Below are positions 18,643-28,411 of a stretch of DNA of 52,331 nucleotides, one piece after another. The notes under the pieces were generated by a model. That model worked only from the letters and a program-made list of their open reading frames with translations. It did not search any database and had not been told where the DNA came from. The stretch is taken from assembly GCA_016193175.1 (NCBI GenBank), contig JACPSR010000142.1, positions 1 through 52,331 on the forward strand, in the 5' to 3' direction. Made by a program: the position numbers and the translations under genes. Numbering within the stretch: position 1 is the stretch's first letter; each line of letters opens with the position of its first letter. This stretch comes from Candidatus Omnitrophota bacterium (GTDB lineage: Bacteria > Omnitrophota > Gorgyraeia > Aquiviventales > Aquiviventaceae).

Positions 18643-19492
18643 CACTCAACCGCAGACGCGCTCGGCAACAAGGCTCGATGAGCGGTCACTCGCCTTGCGG
18701 CGGACGATCGTCCGGATGATGGCGGCAGGCTCGCGAGGCCATCTCGGCTCCGCCTGCTCGCTCGTCGAGATCCTGCGGGTCCTCTACGATGAGATCCTGC
18801 GGTATGACCCGCAGCAGCCCCGCTGGCCGTTGCGGGATCGTTGCATCCTCAGCAAGGGGCATGGCTGTCTTGCGCTCTACGCCATCCTGGCCGACAAGGG
18901 GTTTTTCCCCGTGGAGGAACTCGACAAATTTTGTCACGCCGATGGGATTCTGGGAGGCCATCCAGAGCATGGCAAGGTGCCTGGGGTGGAGGCATCAACG
19001 GGAAGCCTGGGACATGGCCTGGCCATCGGGATTGGGTTTGCCCTGGCGGCTGGGCATGACCGCTTGGGACATCGGGTGTTCGTGATCATGAGCGATGGGG
19101 AATGCAACGAAGGGTCGGTCTGGGAAGCCGCGCTGTATGCGAGCAAACACCAACTGAGCCGCCTGACCGTCCTCATTGACTACAACAAGCAACAGTCCTA
19201 CGGCAGCACGTTCGAGGTCTGCGACCTGGAGCCGCTGGCCGACAAGTGGGCCGCGTTCGGTTTTGCGGTTGAAGACGTTGACGGTCATTCCCTCAGCGCC
19301 CTGCGGTCGGTCTTGACGCGAATGCCGCTGCAGTCCTCCAAACCCAGCGCGATCATCTGCCACACGATTAAGGGTAAGGGGATCCCCTACGCGGAAAGCA
19401 ACCCTGAGTGGCACCACAAGAGCAAGATCAGCGATGACGAGGTGCAGCAACTGCTCGCCGTGTTAGCGTCCCCTCCGGGAGTTTCCAGCTGA
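18614..19492 (+). CDS. Transketolase N-terminal (TPP-binding) subunit
   Basis: GHLGS, LSKGH, GHP, STGSLGHGL, SDGECNEGSVWEA, TIKGKG. Confidence 0.92.
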   Translation: MSGSPTLITDTQPQTRSATRLDERSLALRRTIVRMMAAGSRGHLGSACSLVEILRVLYDEILRYDPQQPRWPLRDRCILSKGHGCLALYAILADKGFFPVEELDKFCHADGILGGHPEHGKVPGVEASTGSLGHGLAIGIGFALAAGHDRLGHRVFVIMSDGECNEGSVWEAALYASKHQLSRLTVLIDYNKQQSYGSTFEVCDLEPLADKWAAFGFAVEDVDGHSLSALRSVLTRMPLQSSKPSAIICHTIKGKGIPYAESNPEWHHKSKISDDEVQQLLAVLASPPGVSS

Positions 19493-20439
19493 TGCGCAAG
19501 GCATGTCTCGAAACCGTCTACGAACTCGCCAAGCAGGATCCTCGGGTCTTTTTCATCGGCTCGGACCTTGGCGCCGGGACCTTGGAGCAGTTCAAGCGGG
19601 AGATGCCGGAGCGCTTCTTCATGGAGGGTGTCAGCGAGGCGACCGTCATCGGCGTGGCGGCCGGCCTGGCGATGGAAGGGAAGATCGCCTATGTCAACAC
19701 CATCGCCACGTTTCTCACCCGACGATGCTTCGAGCAGATCGTCGTCGATCTGTGCCTCCACAACGCCAACGTCCGCCTGATCGGCAATGGGGGAGGGCTG
19801 GTGTACGCGCCGCTGGGGCCCACGCACCTGGCCATTGACGACATCGCGATCCTCCGCGCGCTCCCCAACATGACCATCGTGGCCCCTGCCGATGCCAACG
19901 AGATGCGCCGGTTCATGCTCGCGACACTCGCCCATGAGGGACCCATCTACATTCGACTCGCCAAGGGGGGCGATCCGATCGTGACCTCTGACCAGACGCC
20001 GTTCGAGATCGGCAAGGCCGTGCCGATGCGGGAAGGTGCTGACGCGCTGATCGTCACCACCGGCATCACCCTGAAGCCCGCTCTCGATGCGGCCGCGGCG
20101 CTCAGCCAGCACGGGATTGACGCCGCCGTCCTCCATTGCCCGACGGTCAAGCCGCTCGATGTCGAGGCCCTCAGGCAGGCCGCCTCGCCTGTCTGCGCCA
20201 TTGTCACCATTGAAGAGCACACCCTGATGGGCGGGCTGGGCAGCGCCGTTGCGGAGGTGGTGGCCGAGGCGGGCTTCAATCCCGCCAAGCGGTTCACGCG
20301 AATCGGGATCCCGGATGTTTTCCCGGATCAGTACGGCTCCCAAGCAAGCCTGATGCGGCGGTATGCGATCACCGCGGAGCAGCTTGTCTCCACCGTCACC
20401 AGCCTCTTGAGCGGCGCGATGCAAGCAACCCGTTCGTGA
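19492..20439 (+). CDS. Transketolase C-terminal subunit
   Basis: SDLG, EGVSE, GPTHLAIDD, YIRL, VTIEEH..MGGLG. Confidence 0.92.
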   Translation: MRKACLETVYELAKQDPRVFFIGSDLGAGTLEQFKREMPERFFMEGVSEATVIGVAAGLAMEGKIAYVNTIATFLTRRCFEQIVVDLCLHNANVRLIGNGGGLVYAPLGPTHLAIDDIAILRALPNMTIVAPADANEMRRFMLATLAHEGPIYIRLAKGGDPIVTSDQTPFEIGKAVPMREGADALIVTTGITLKPALDAAAALSQHGIDAAVLHCPTVKPLDVEALRQAASPVCAIVTIEEHTLMGGLGSAVAEVVAEAGFNPAKRFTRIGIPDVFPDQYGSQASLMRRYAITAEQLVSTVTSLLSGAMQATRS

Positions 20440-20447
20440 GGATCCCC

Positions 20448-21110
20448 ATGGCCTACGTTGATTTCGTGATGAAGCTGCACAAGAGCACCACGCGCGACTA
20501 CCTCGCGCGCGTCGTGAGCCATGACAAAGCCGCGTGCGCTGAGGTGGCGATTCAATACGGCCAGGACTACTGGGATGGAGATCGTCAGTACGGATACGGC
20601 GGCTACCGATACGATGGGCGCTGGCGCGCGATCGCTGAGGACATGGCGCGCCACTACCGGTTGCAATCGGGGGACAAGATTCTTGATGTGGGATGCGGCA
20701 AGGGATTTCTGCTGTATGAGTTCACGCAGGTCATTCCTGGTGTTGAGGTGGCCGGCATTGACATCTCGCAGTACGCCATTGATCACGCCAAGGAAGAGGT
20801 CAAGCCGTTCCTTCGGGTCGGCAGTGCGGTGAGCCTGCCGTGGCCTGACCGCACCTTTGATTTCGTCATCTCGATCACCACGCTGCACAACCTGTACAAC
20901 TACGAGCTCCGCAGCGCCCTGAAAGAGATCGGGCGGGTGGGGAAGACCAAGAAGCACGTCATCGTGGAAAGCTACCGCAACGAGCGGGAAAAGGCGAATC
21001 TGCTGTACTGGCAGCTCACCTGCCGATCCTTCTACACCCCGAAGGAATGGGAATGGATGTTCATGGAAAGCGGTTACACGGGCGACTACTCCTATATCGT
21101 GTTTGAATGA
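20448..21110 (+). CDS. Class I SAM-dependent methyltransferase
   Basis: YWDGDRQYGYGGY, ILDVGCGKGFL. Confidence 0.88.
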   Translation: MAYVDFVMKLHKSTTRDYLARVVSHDKAACAEVAIQYGQDYWDGDRQYGYGGYRYDGRWRAIAEDMARHYRLQSGDKILDVGCGKGFLLYEFTQVIPGVEVAGIDISQYAIDHAKEEVKPFLRVGSAVSLPWPDRTFDFVISITTLHNLYNYELRSALKEIGRVGKTKKHVIVESYRNEREKANLLYWQLTCRSFYTPKEWEWMFMESGYTGDYSYIVFE

Positions 21111-22159
21111 TGAACGCAAACGCTTCCTTAATGACGGCGGCGATCCTTGTCAGGCAGCGCGCCCCCCTGGAGGTAACCCAGGTCGAGATCCCTGAGTTGG
21201 GCGTCGGGCAGGTGCTGGTGCAGGTGAAAGCCAGCGGGATCTGCGGCAAGCAGCTCGATGAGATCAGCGGTCGGCGGGGGGATGACGCATTTCTCCCCCA
21301 CCTCTTGGGACATGAGGGTGCTGGGATCGTCGTGGAAGTTGGGCCAGGGGTACGGAAGGTGAAGCCTGGAGACCATGTGGTGTTGCACTGGATGAAAGGC
21401 GCTGGCATTGACTGCCTGCCTCCCCGGTTTACGCGCAACGGGACCATGATCAGCGCAGGCTGGGTGACCACGTTCAGTGAGTACACGATCGCCTCGGAGA
21501 ACCGCATGACCCCCATCCCGGATGATATCCCCTTCGACCTGGCGTTCCTGCTGGGGTGTGCGGTGACCACGGGGCTGGGGATTGTGTTCAATGACGCCGC
21601 TCTCATGCCGGGGCAGTCGATCGCCGTGTTCGGTGTCGGCGGTGTGGGCATCAACGTGATTCAGGGTGCTTCGCTCGTCAACGCCTACCCCATCGTGGCC
21701 ATTGATCTCCACGACACCAAACTCAAGCAGGCTGCCGCCTTCGGGGCGACGCATACCATCAATGCGAACCGCACCGATTCAGTGCAGGCGCTGATGGAGT
21801 TGTCTGATCGTCGGGGCGTGGATGTGGCGGTCGATCTCACCGGGCTGAGGGCGGTTCGGGAGACGGCCTACCGGGTCACGACGGCAACAGGGAAGACCAT
21901 CTTCGCCGGCGTTCCCTCCCATGGGGAACCCATGACGATTGACTCCTTTCCGCTCCACTTTGGGCGCCTGGTGACCGGTGTCCACGGCGGAGGCACGAGG
22001 CCGGACACCGACATCCCGCGCTATCTTCAGTTGTTTCGGTTGGGAAAGCTGAAGCTCGCCGAACAAGTGACGCATCGGTTTGCCCTTGAGGGGGTCAACG
22101 ACGCCATCGAGGTGGTGCGACAGGGCAAGGCCGGTCGATGTGTCCTGCAGATGTCGTGA
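21107..22159 (+). CDS. Zinc-binding alcohol dehydrogenase (MDR family)
   Basis: GICGKQ, GHEGAG, LGCAVTTG, GVGGVG. Confidence 0.9.
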   Translation: MMNANASLMTAAILVRQRAPLEVTQVEIPELGVGQVLVQVKASGICGKQLDEISGRRGDDAFLPHLLGHEGAGIVVEVGPGVRKVKPGDHVVLHWMKGAGIDCLPPRFTRNGTMISAGWVTTFSEYTIASENRMTPIPDDIPFDLAFLLGCAVTTGLGIVFNDAALMPGQSIAVFGVGGVGINVIQGASLVNAYPIVAIDLHDTKLKQAAAFGATHTINANRTDSVQALMELSDRRGVDVAVDLTGLRAVRETAYRVTTATGKTIFAGVPSHGEPMTIDSFPLHFGRLVTGVHGGGTRPDTDIPRYLQLFRLGKLKLAEQVTHRFALEGVNDAIEVVRQGKAGRCVLQMS

Positions 22160-22177
22160 AAGGAAGGAGAGTTGGCG

Positions 22178-23278
22178 ATGAGTTCCACAGTGACTGACCG
22201 GATGGTGAAGTTGCCAAGGCCCTATCCCGACCCTGAGTTCTTCAAGGCGACGCTGGCGGAAGGGTTTTCGGCTTTTCCAAAACGCCGGGACAATTACGAA
22301 CGATACAAAGCTGCTCAACGCGGGGAGGTCGTGGACTACCTGCCGATCCGTTTGGATATCGAGAATGTCAGCCGCTGCAACTATCACTGTACCATGTGCC
22401 AGGTCAGCGATTGGCCCGGCATGAAGCGGGCCGACGACATGACCTTTGACGACTACAAGGCGTTGATCGAAAGCCAAGAAGGGCTGGTTGAAATCAAGCT
22501 CCAGGGTATGGGCGAGCCGCTGATGGGGAAGTGCTACGTTGACATGATCCGCTTTGCCCGAGCGCGGCATCTCTGGGTGCGTTCCGTGACGAACGGGTCG
22601 CTGTTGCACCTCGCGAACAACTACCAACAGGTGATCGACGCGGATGTCTGTGAGTTCCACGTCTCAATCGATGGAGCGACTCAACAAACGTATGAGAAGA
22701 TTCGACGGGGTGGACAGTTTGAGAGGGTGATGGAGAACTGTCGACGCCTGAACCGGTACTGCCGGCAGATCAACCGCCGGCGGACGCGGATGTGGACGCT
22801 CGTGCAGAAGGACAATGTCTATGAGGTCGAGCAACTGCCTCTCCTGGCCGCTGAGCTGGGGTTTGATCGCCTCACCCTCTCGTTGGACATCAACGACTGG
22901 GGACAGGATCGCTGGCGAGCGATGAATGATCGAGTGGATGTGCACCGCAGCTTTGACCTCTCGCTGGTGGAGCGTCTGGTTGAGTTGGGCAAGGCGCGTG
23001 GAGTCGAGGTGACATTCTGGTTTATCGATGAGAAATACGACACAGATGATCCCGCCCACCTGTGCCAGTGGCCGTTTGAGCGCTTGTACATCTCCTCCGA
23101 TATGCGGATGGTCCCCTGCTGCATGATGGCCAATCCCGAGATCATGGATCTTGGGGATGCGCACGCCCTCACCACGGAATGGAATGGGGCGAAGATGGTC
23201 GCCTTCCGGCGGATGCACCTGAGCGGGCGGATTCCGAAGCCGTGTCAGTCGTGTTATAAGGCCCCTGCCCAAGGATGA
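22178..23278 (+). CDS. Radical SAM protein with SPASM/Twitch domain
   Basis: CNYHCTMC, GMGEPL, SIDG; C-terminal CQWPF...PCC...CQSC. Confidence 0.88.
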   Translation: MSSTVTDRMVKLPRPYPDPEFFKATLAEGFSAFPKRRDNYERYKAAQRGEVVDYLPIRLDIENVSRCNYHCTMCQVSDWPGMKRADDMTFDDYKALIESQEGLVEIKLQGMGEPLMGKCYVDMIRFARARHLWVRSVTNGSLLHLANNYQQVIDADVCEFHVSIDGATQQTYEKIRRGGQFERVMENCRRLNRYCRQINRRRTRMWTLVQKDNVYEVEQLPLLAAELGFDRLTLSLDINDWGQDRWRAMNDRVDVHRSFDLSLVERLVELGKARGVEVTFWFIDEKYDTDDPAHLCQWPFERLYISSDMRMVPCCMMANPEIMDLGDAHALTTEWNGAKMVAFRRMHLSGRIPKPCQSCYKAPAQG

Positions 23279-23301
23279 GCCGCCAGCAGGTGGTGGGATG
23301 A
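23275..23301. repeat. Junction element 3 (solo right arm)
   Basis: ATGA-GCCGCCAGCAGGTGGTGGG-ATGA; 20/21 match to the reverse complement of the element 4 left arm. Confidence 0.8.
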
Positions 23302-24464
23302 TCGAAACCTGTCCCGTGTGTGACACGGTGTTGCAAGAGCCGGTCTGGGTGCTCGAGCGCGTGCCCATCCTCCCGATGCTACGGCTTGACGAGTTGCCAC
23401 AGGCGGACCATTTCGCCACGCTCGAGGTGGTCCGGTGCCAGATGTGCGGCCATCTGTACAACCGGGCATACCATGCGGCCCTGGCCGACCGCATGTATCG
23501 CGGCGAGCTCTTGAGTAATGTGCCGGTGCATGTGACCATGACGAAGAACCTCGAGCAGATAGCGGACTGGATCGGTCGGTCCCAGTACGCGGACAAGCGG
23601 GTAATCGAGATCGGCGCAGGGAGCGGGCATCTGGCCCGCATCCTGGCACAGGTGGCCACGCAGGTACAGATCTTTGAGCCGTGCCGGGGTCTGCGAGCCG
23701 AGATGCTGCCGGAAGCGAACATCACCGTGATCCACGAGCCCTTTTCGTCGTCCGCCGTCGATCGGCCAGCGGACCTCATCGTCTGCCGCCAGGTGTTGGA
23801 GCATGTCGCGGATCCATTGGCGATGCTGCGGGACATCCGCGCGGCGCTCTCGGCGACGGGGTCGATCTATCTGGAAGTCCCTCGCGCAGAGTACATCGAA
23901 GAGCACGCCGCATTATTTGATCTCCATTACGCCCACGTCCAGTACTTTCACGAGCCGAACCTATTGAGATTGGCGGCCCGGGCCGGGTTCCAGGTCGTAC
24001 AGTCCTGGTGCCTCAAACAGGGGCATGACATGGGGGTCTTGTTGCGTCCACAACATTCTGTGACCGCGCAGGGGTTGGGCTTGGTCACGCACGACGCGGA
24101 GGGATTGCGTAGAGGTCTTGAGGGTCGTCGGGCTCTGGGCCACGCCTGGTTGAACTCGTTGGAGGGGACAGTCAGTCTCTACGGTGCTACGGCACAAGGC
24201 GTGGCGTTCCTTCACGTCTTCCAGTCTCATCGTCGATTTACGGCCGTCGCCGACGATAACCCTGCCTACGCGGGGTACGCGCTCTACACCACTGGACAAT
24301 CCGTTCCAATCGTGGATCCAACCCATGAGGCCATTCGCCGTTCCGATCATCTCATTATCACGGCCTACCTCCATGATGAGATCATTGCGGAGCGGTTGAG
24401 AGCCATCGGGTTCTCGGGCCGGATCTTCAGTATCAGGGAAGAAGCGCTGGCTCCTGCAGCATGA
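23298..24464 (+). CDS. Sugar C-methyltransferase-like class I methyltransferase
   Basis: CPVC..CQMC, EIGAGSG, RQVLEHV, LEVP, C-terminal YGA/DDNP domain. Confidence 0.8.
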   Translation: MIETCPVCDTVLQEPVWVLERVPILPMLRLDELPQADHFATLEVVRCQMCGHLYNRAYHAALADRMYRGELLSNVPVHVTMTKNLEQIADWIGRSQYADKRVIEIGAGSGHLARILAQVATQVQIFEPCRGLRAEMLPEANITVIHEPFSSSAVDRPADLIVCRQVLEHVADPLAMLRDIRAALSATGSIYLEVPRAEYIEEHAALFDLHYAHVQYFHEPNLLRLAARAGFQVVQSWCLKQGHDMGVLLRPQHSVTAQGLGLVTHDAEGLRRGLEGRRALGHAWLNSLEGTVSLYGATAQGVAFLHVFQSHRRFTAVADDNPAYAGYALYTTGQSVPIVDPTHEAIRRSDHLIITAYLHDEIIAERLRAIGFSGRIFSIREEALAPAA

Positions 24465-24528
24465 GCCTCCCCATGAGGGGTCTTGCGGCCAGATGCAGTC
24501 GGTCGGCTATTGGGGTGTTCGCATTGGT

Positions 24529-25713
24529 ATGGGCGCCGCGGTGGAATTGAACGCAACGAGAGGAGCACCCCATGGGGCATCTGAGGTCCCGTGGTGGAGA
24601 ACCTCATTCGGTCAGGAAGAAATTCAGAGATTGCAAGAGGCCATTCGGGCTGAACACATTAGCCAGGGACCCGTGACCGCGCAGTTTGAGACGCGGATGG
24701 CGGAGGCTCTCCACGTGCCGTACGCTGTGGCAACGACCAGTGGGAGCGTCGCCCTCCTGATGGCCCTCATGGCCCTTGGTGTGGGGCGCGATGATGAAGT
24801 GATCCTCCCTAATCGGACGTTCATCGCGACGGCTCACGCTGTGCTGCTTGCCGGAGCCAGTGTGGTCTTGGTCGATGTGCGGCCGGATATCCCTGTCATG
24901 GACATCTCACGACTCAGGCAGAAGATTACGCCACGGACCAAAGCCATCATCCCCGTGCATCTCAATGGACGAGCGGTTGATCTGGAGGCGGTCCAGAGCG
25001 TCGCGAGGGAATACCACCTGCACGTGATCGAGGATGCTTGCCAGGCACTCTTTTCGAGAAGTGCCGCTGGATTCTTGGGGACTCAGTCGGACGCCGGCTG
25101 CTTCTCACTGGGGATGAACAAGCTGATGTCAACAGGTCAAGGTGGCCTCATCGTCACGAGGAATCCAGAGACGTATGAACGGTTGAAGCTCATCCGCAGT
25201 CATGGCGTGACGGACACCTTCGTCGCGACGTATCGCCAGATTGGGTGCAATTTCAAATTCACGGATTTGATGGCTTCTGTCGGTTTGGTCCAGCTCACCC
25301 GCGTACCAGCCCGAATCGCTCACGTGACCGCGATCTACTCGAAGTACACGGCGGCGGAGATGCCCTTTCTCCGATGGATCCCCGTAGAGGTATCGAAGGG
25401 CGAGCTGCCTCTCTATGCCGAGGCCCGTTGTCGTGACAGGAAGGACCTCGTGGAGTTTCTCGGTTCGCAGGGCATTCAGACGCGGCCATTCCTTCCAGAC
25501 TTGCATCTCTCACCCCATTTGCACAACGGCGGGGTCTTTCCAAACTCGAAGCCCTTCGGGGAGGAGGGATTGTATCTCCCATGCGGACCTGAGCAGCCGC
25601 TGGAGAATATCGACCGTGTCATCGAAGCCTTACGCTTGTATGGGAGGCGTTCATGCGGTTCGTCGTCTTGGGGGCGTCAGAATTCGCCCTCCGCTGTGCC
25701 GGTGCCATTATAG
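24529..25713 (+). CDS. DegT-family PLP aminotransferase (start uncertain)
   Basis: TFIATA, PVHLNG, EDACQA, SLGMNKLMSTGQGG with the catalytic Lys. Confidence 0.88.
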   Translation: MGAAVELNATRGAPHGASEVPWWRTSFGQEEIQRLQEAIRAEHISQGPVTAQFETRMAEALHVPYAVATTSGSVALLMALMALGVGRDDEVILPNRTFIATAHAVLLAGASVVLVDVRPDIPVMDISRLRQKITPRTKAIIPVHLNGRAVDLEAVQSVAREYHLHVIEDACQALFSRSAAGFLGTQSDAGCFSLGMNKLMSTGQGGLIVTRNPETYERLKLIRSHGVTDTFVATYRQIGCNFKFTDLMASVGLVQLTRVPARIAHVTAIYSKYTAAEMPFLRWIPVEVSKGELPLYAEARCRDRKDLVEFLGSQGIQTRPFLPDLHLSPHLHNGGVFPNSKPFGEEGLYLPCGPEQPLENIDRVIEALRLYGRRSCGSSSWGRQNSPSAVPVPL

Positions 25714-26606
25714 ATAGCCGCGCGGAGGTCCGTGCGCTGATTTCGACCCCACCGCACGCACGACCCAACAATTCAACCGACGTGAGCGCATTCGCGAGTG
25801 AGCGGCGCATCCCCTACTACGAGATGGAGGACGTGAACGTGCCTGACAGTGCCAACCTCATCAGGGAGCTGTCACCGGACTATATCTTGTCGGCCTGGCA
25901 TAAGATCCTGAAGCGTGAGATTTTGGGGATTCCTCGGTTCGGCTGTATCGGGACCCACCCGACGGAACTTCCCTTCAACCGCGGGAGGCATCCGCTCCAT
26001 TGGCTCATCGCATTGGGTATCTCGAACACGACGCTGACGTTCTTCCGGATGGATGAGGGCGTTGATTCGGGGAACGTGCTCCTGCAAATCCCCTTTCAGA
26101 TCGCTCCTGACGACTGCATCGACGACGCGGTGTCAGCCATGAACGAGGCGGCGTACGAGGGGACGAAATCCCTCTGTGCGCGTCTCCTCCGCGACCCTGA
26201 CTACGCGGGGACCAAACAGGACCACACCGTGGCAAACTCTTGGCGGAAGCGGACACCCCACGATGTCACGATCGACCTGCGGATGTCGGCGGACATAATT
26301 CGGAGGACCATCCAATCCTTCGCACCGCCCTACCCGTGCGCAAACCTCCTCTTCGAGGGCCACATGATCAAAGTCTCCAGGGCGTCCATTGCCGCGCTCA
26401 CGACGGAACTCGCTCCTGATCAACTTCGTCGCCTGGAACCAGGACGGGTTATCGCTGTTGCAGGGAATACCGTGAGAGTCAAAGTGGATGACGCCATTAT
26501 GGATCTTGAATGCCGGGGGCCCCTGCCCTCACGTGTGTTCGAGGCAAAGTATATTCACCCCCCTTCGAAATATCTCGCCGAATGGCCTCGGGTGTTGGCC
26601 GCATAG
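25653..26606 (+). CDS. Formyltransferase (Fmt-like, probable sugar N-formyltransferase)
   Basis: GTHPTELPFNRGRHP, MDEGVDSG, APPYPCA. Confidence 0.85.
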   Translation: MRFVVLGASEFALRCAGAIIDSRAEVRALISTPPHARPNNSTDVSAFASERRIPYYEMEDVNVPDSANLIRELSPDYILSAWHKILKREILGIPRFGCIGTHPTELPFNRGRHPLHWLIALGISNTTLTFFRMDEGVDSGNVLLQIPFQIAPDDCIDDAVSAMNEAAYEGTKSLCARLLRDPDYAGTKQDHTVANSWRKRTPHDVTIDLRMSADIIRRTIQSFAPPYPCANLLFEGHMIKVSRASIAALTTELAPDQLRRLEPGRVIAVAGNTVRVKVDDAIMDLECRGPLPSRVFEAKYIHPPSKYLAEWPRVLAA

Positions 26607-26621
26607 GAGGGAGGCCCGCCC

Positions 26622-27956
26622 ATGGGTGGAGAGACGCACATCGAGCCGTCGAAATCCCTGGAGACTGTGATGCCTCGCGCCTCCCTGGTTGTTGAGGCGA
26701 GTACGATCATCTCCCGTCGCGAGAACTGCCGCTTGTGCGGCGAGCCAAATCCGGAACGCGTGTGGCGGCTCGCACCGACGCCAATCGGCGATGCCTACAT
26801 CCCAACCGAGGGGCTTGGGGAAACTCAGGGGGTGTACCCCCTCGAGCTCTTCTTATGCCGACGGTGCGGCCATGCCCAATTGCTTGACGTCGTCAGCCCA
26901 GAGGTGCTCTATGGCAACTTCCTGTACGTGACGTCGATTTCACTCGGTTTAGTCGATCACTTTCACCGGTACGCGGACGACGTGCTTCAGCACGTCCATC
27001 TTGCGGAAGGGGCCCTCGCGGTTGACATTGGCAGCAACGACGGCACGTTATTGCGGTCCTTCCAGGAGCGCGGTCTGCGCGTGCTGGGTGTCGACCCAGC
27101 CCGAGAGATCTCCCGCAAAGCGACGCTGTCAGGCGTCGAAACGCTGGCTGCGCTCTTCACCGCTGAGCTGGCGCGACAGATCACGCGTGAACGCGGGCCG
27201 GCGACCATCGTGACAGCGAACAACACGTTTGCCAATGTTGATGATGTGGCCGATTTTGCCGAGGGCATCCGAAACCTCTTGGCTCCCGATGGGGTCTTCG
27301 TCTGCGAGACCGGCTACCTCGCCGATCTCATTCATGAGGGCCTGATCGACAACATCTATCATGAGCACCTGGGCTACTTCTCCGTGAAGCCGCTTGATGC
27401 GTTCTTCCGCCGTCATCATCTGGAATTGATCAACGCCCAGCACGTCTCGACCAAAGGCGGGTCCTTGCGCGTCATCGTGCAGCGAGCCGGTGGCCCGCGG
27501 CCGGTGTCCCCCTCTGTCAGGCACCTGATCGATGCTGAGATCCACCGTGGCATCGATCGGCCTGATGCCTTCAAGGAGCTAGCAGCTCGAATCGATCGCG
27601 TCAAGGACAGGCTGACCGGCCTGCTGCGCGACCTCAAGGTGCACGGAAAGATGCTCGCAGGATACGGGGCCTCGGTCGGCGTCACGACCCTGCTGTACTA
27701 CTTCGGTCTCGGTGACTCGCTGGACTTTCTTATCGATGATAATCCGGCGAAGCATGGCCGGTTTAGCCCAGGCTATCACCTCCCGGTACTGCCCCCAGCG
27801 GTCCTCTACCACCGGAAGCCGGACTACCTCCTCCTCCTCGCGTGGCGGTACGCCGAGCCCATCATGAAGAGGCATCAGGCGTATCTGGACCATGGCGGGC
27901 GTTTCATCATCCCTCTGCCCGAACTCCAGGTGGTGGGACCACGAGGTGAGCCGTGA
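26622..27956 (+). CDS. NDP-sugar C-methyltransferase (NovU/TcaB9-like)
   Basis: CRLC...CRRC, DIGSNDG, ANNTFAN, IYHEH, GGSLR, AWRY, GGRFIIPLP. Confidence 0.9.
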   Translation: MGGETHIEPSKSLETVMPRASLVVEASTIISRRENCRLCGEPNPERVWRLAPTPIGDAYIPTEGLGETQGVYPLELFLCRRCGHAQLLDVVSPEVLYGNFLYVTSISLGLVDHFHRYADDVLQHVHLAEGALAVDIGSNDGTLLRSFQERGLRVLGVDPAREISRKATLSGVETLAALFTAELARQITRERGPATIVTANNTFANVDDVADFAEGIRNLLAPDGVFVCETGYLADLIHEGLIDNIYHEHLGYFSVKPLDAFFRRHHLELINAQHVSTKGGSLRVIVQRAGGPRPVSPSVRHLIDAEIHRGIDRPDAFKELAARIDRVKDRLTGLLRDLKVHGKMLAGYGASVGVTTLLYYFGLGDSLDFLIDDNPAKHGRFSPGYHLPVLPPAVLYHRKPDYLLLLAWRYAEPIMKRHQAYLDHGGRFIIPLPELQVVGPRGEP

Positions 27957-28381
27957 CGATGGTCAAGCGACTCTCCCACGTCTGTCTGAGCACGCCTGAC
28001 TTGCGTCAGACGATACAATTTTACTGCGGCCTCCTCGGTTGTACCGTGATCCATGAGTTCAGGAATCATGAGGGGGAGTTATACGGCGTGTTCCTCCTGG
28101 TGAAGAACGGGACGTTCCTGGAATTCTTTAAGACCCAGGAGCGACGGCAGACAGGTGGGGCGTTCCGACATCTCTGTTTCGAAGTGGAGGATATCCACCG
28201 GTGTGCAGACAGGGTCAGGGAAGCGGGGTTCGCGGTAGAGATCCAGAGAGGGAAAACCGACAGGGCACTCCAGTTCTGCATCGACGACCCTGACGGGAAC
28301 AGAGTCGAGTTCCATCAATACGATCCGCAGGCGGTCCAGTATAAGTACGCCGAGTTGCTCAGCCGCGTTATGTGCAGCTGA
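27953..28381 (+). CDS. VOC/glyoxalase family protein
   Basis: HVCL, FLEFF, HLCFEV, DPDGNRVEF. Confidence 0.88.
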   Translation: MTMVKRLSHVCLSTPDLRQTIQFYCGLLGCTVIHEFRNHEGELYGVFLLVKNGTFLEFFKTQERRQTGGAFRHLCFEVEDIHRCADRVREAGFAVEIQRGKTDRALQFCIDDPDGNRVEFHQYDPQAVQYKYAELLSRVMCS

Positions 28382-28411
28382 GCCGTTCGCTTCACATAGG
28401 GGGAGAACGTC

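Noticed and set aside
24461-24590. Fifth junction element (CCCCATG/CATGGGG)
   Set aside because: Only a 7-bp inverted match, with no family arms and no regenerated in-frame ATGA.
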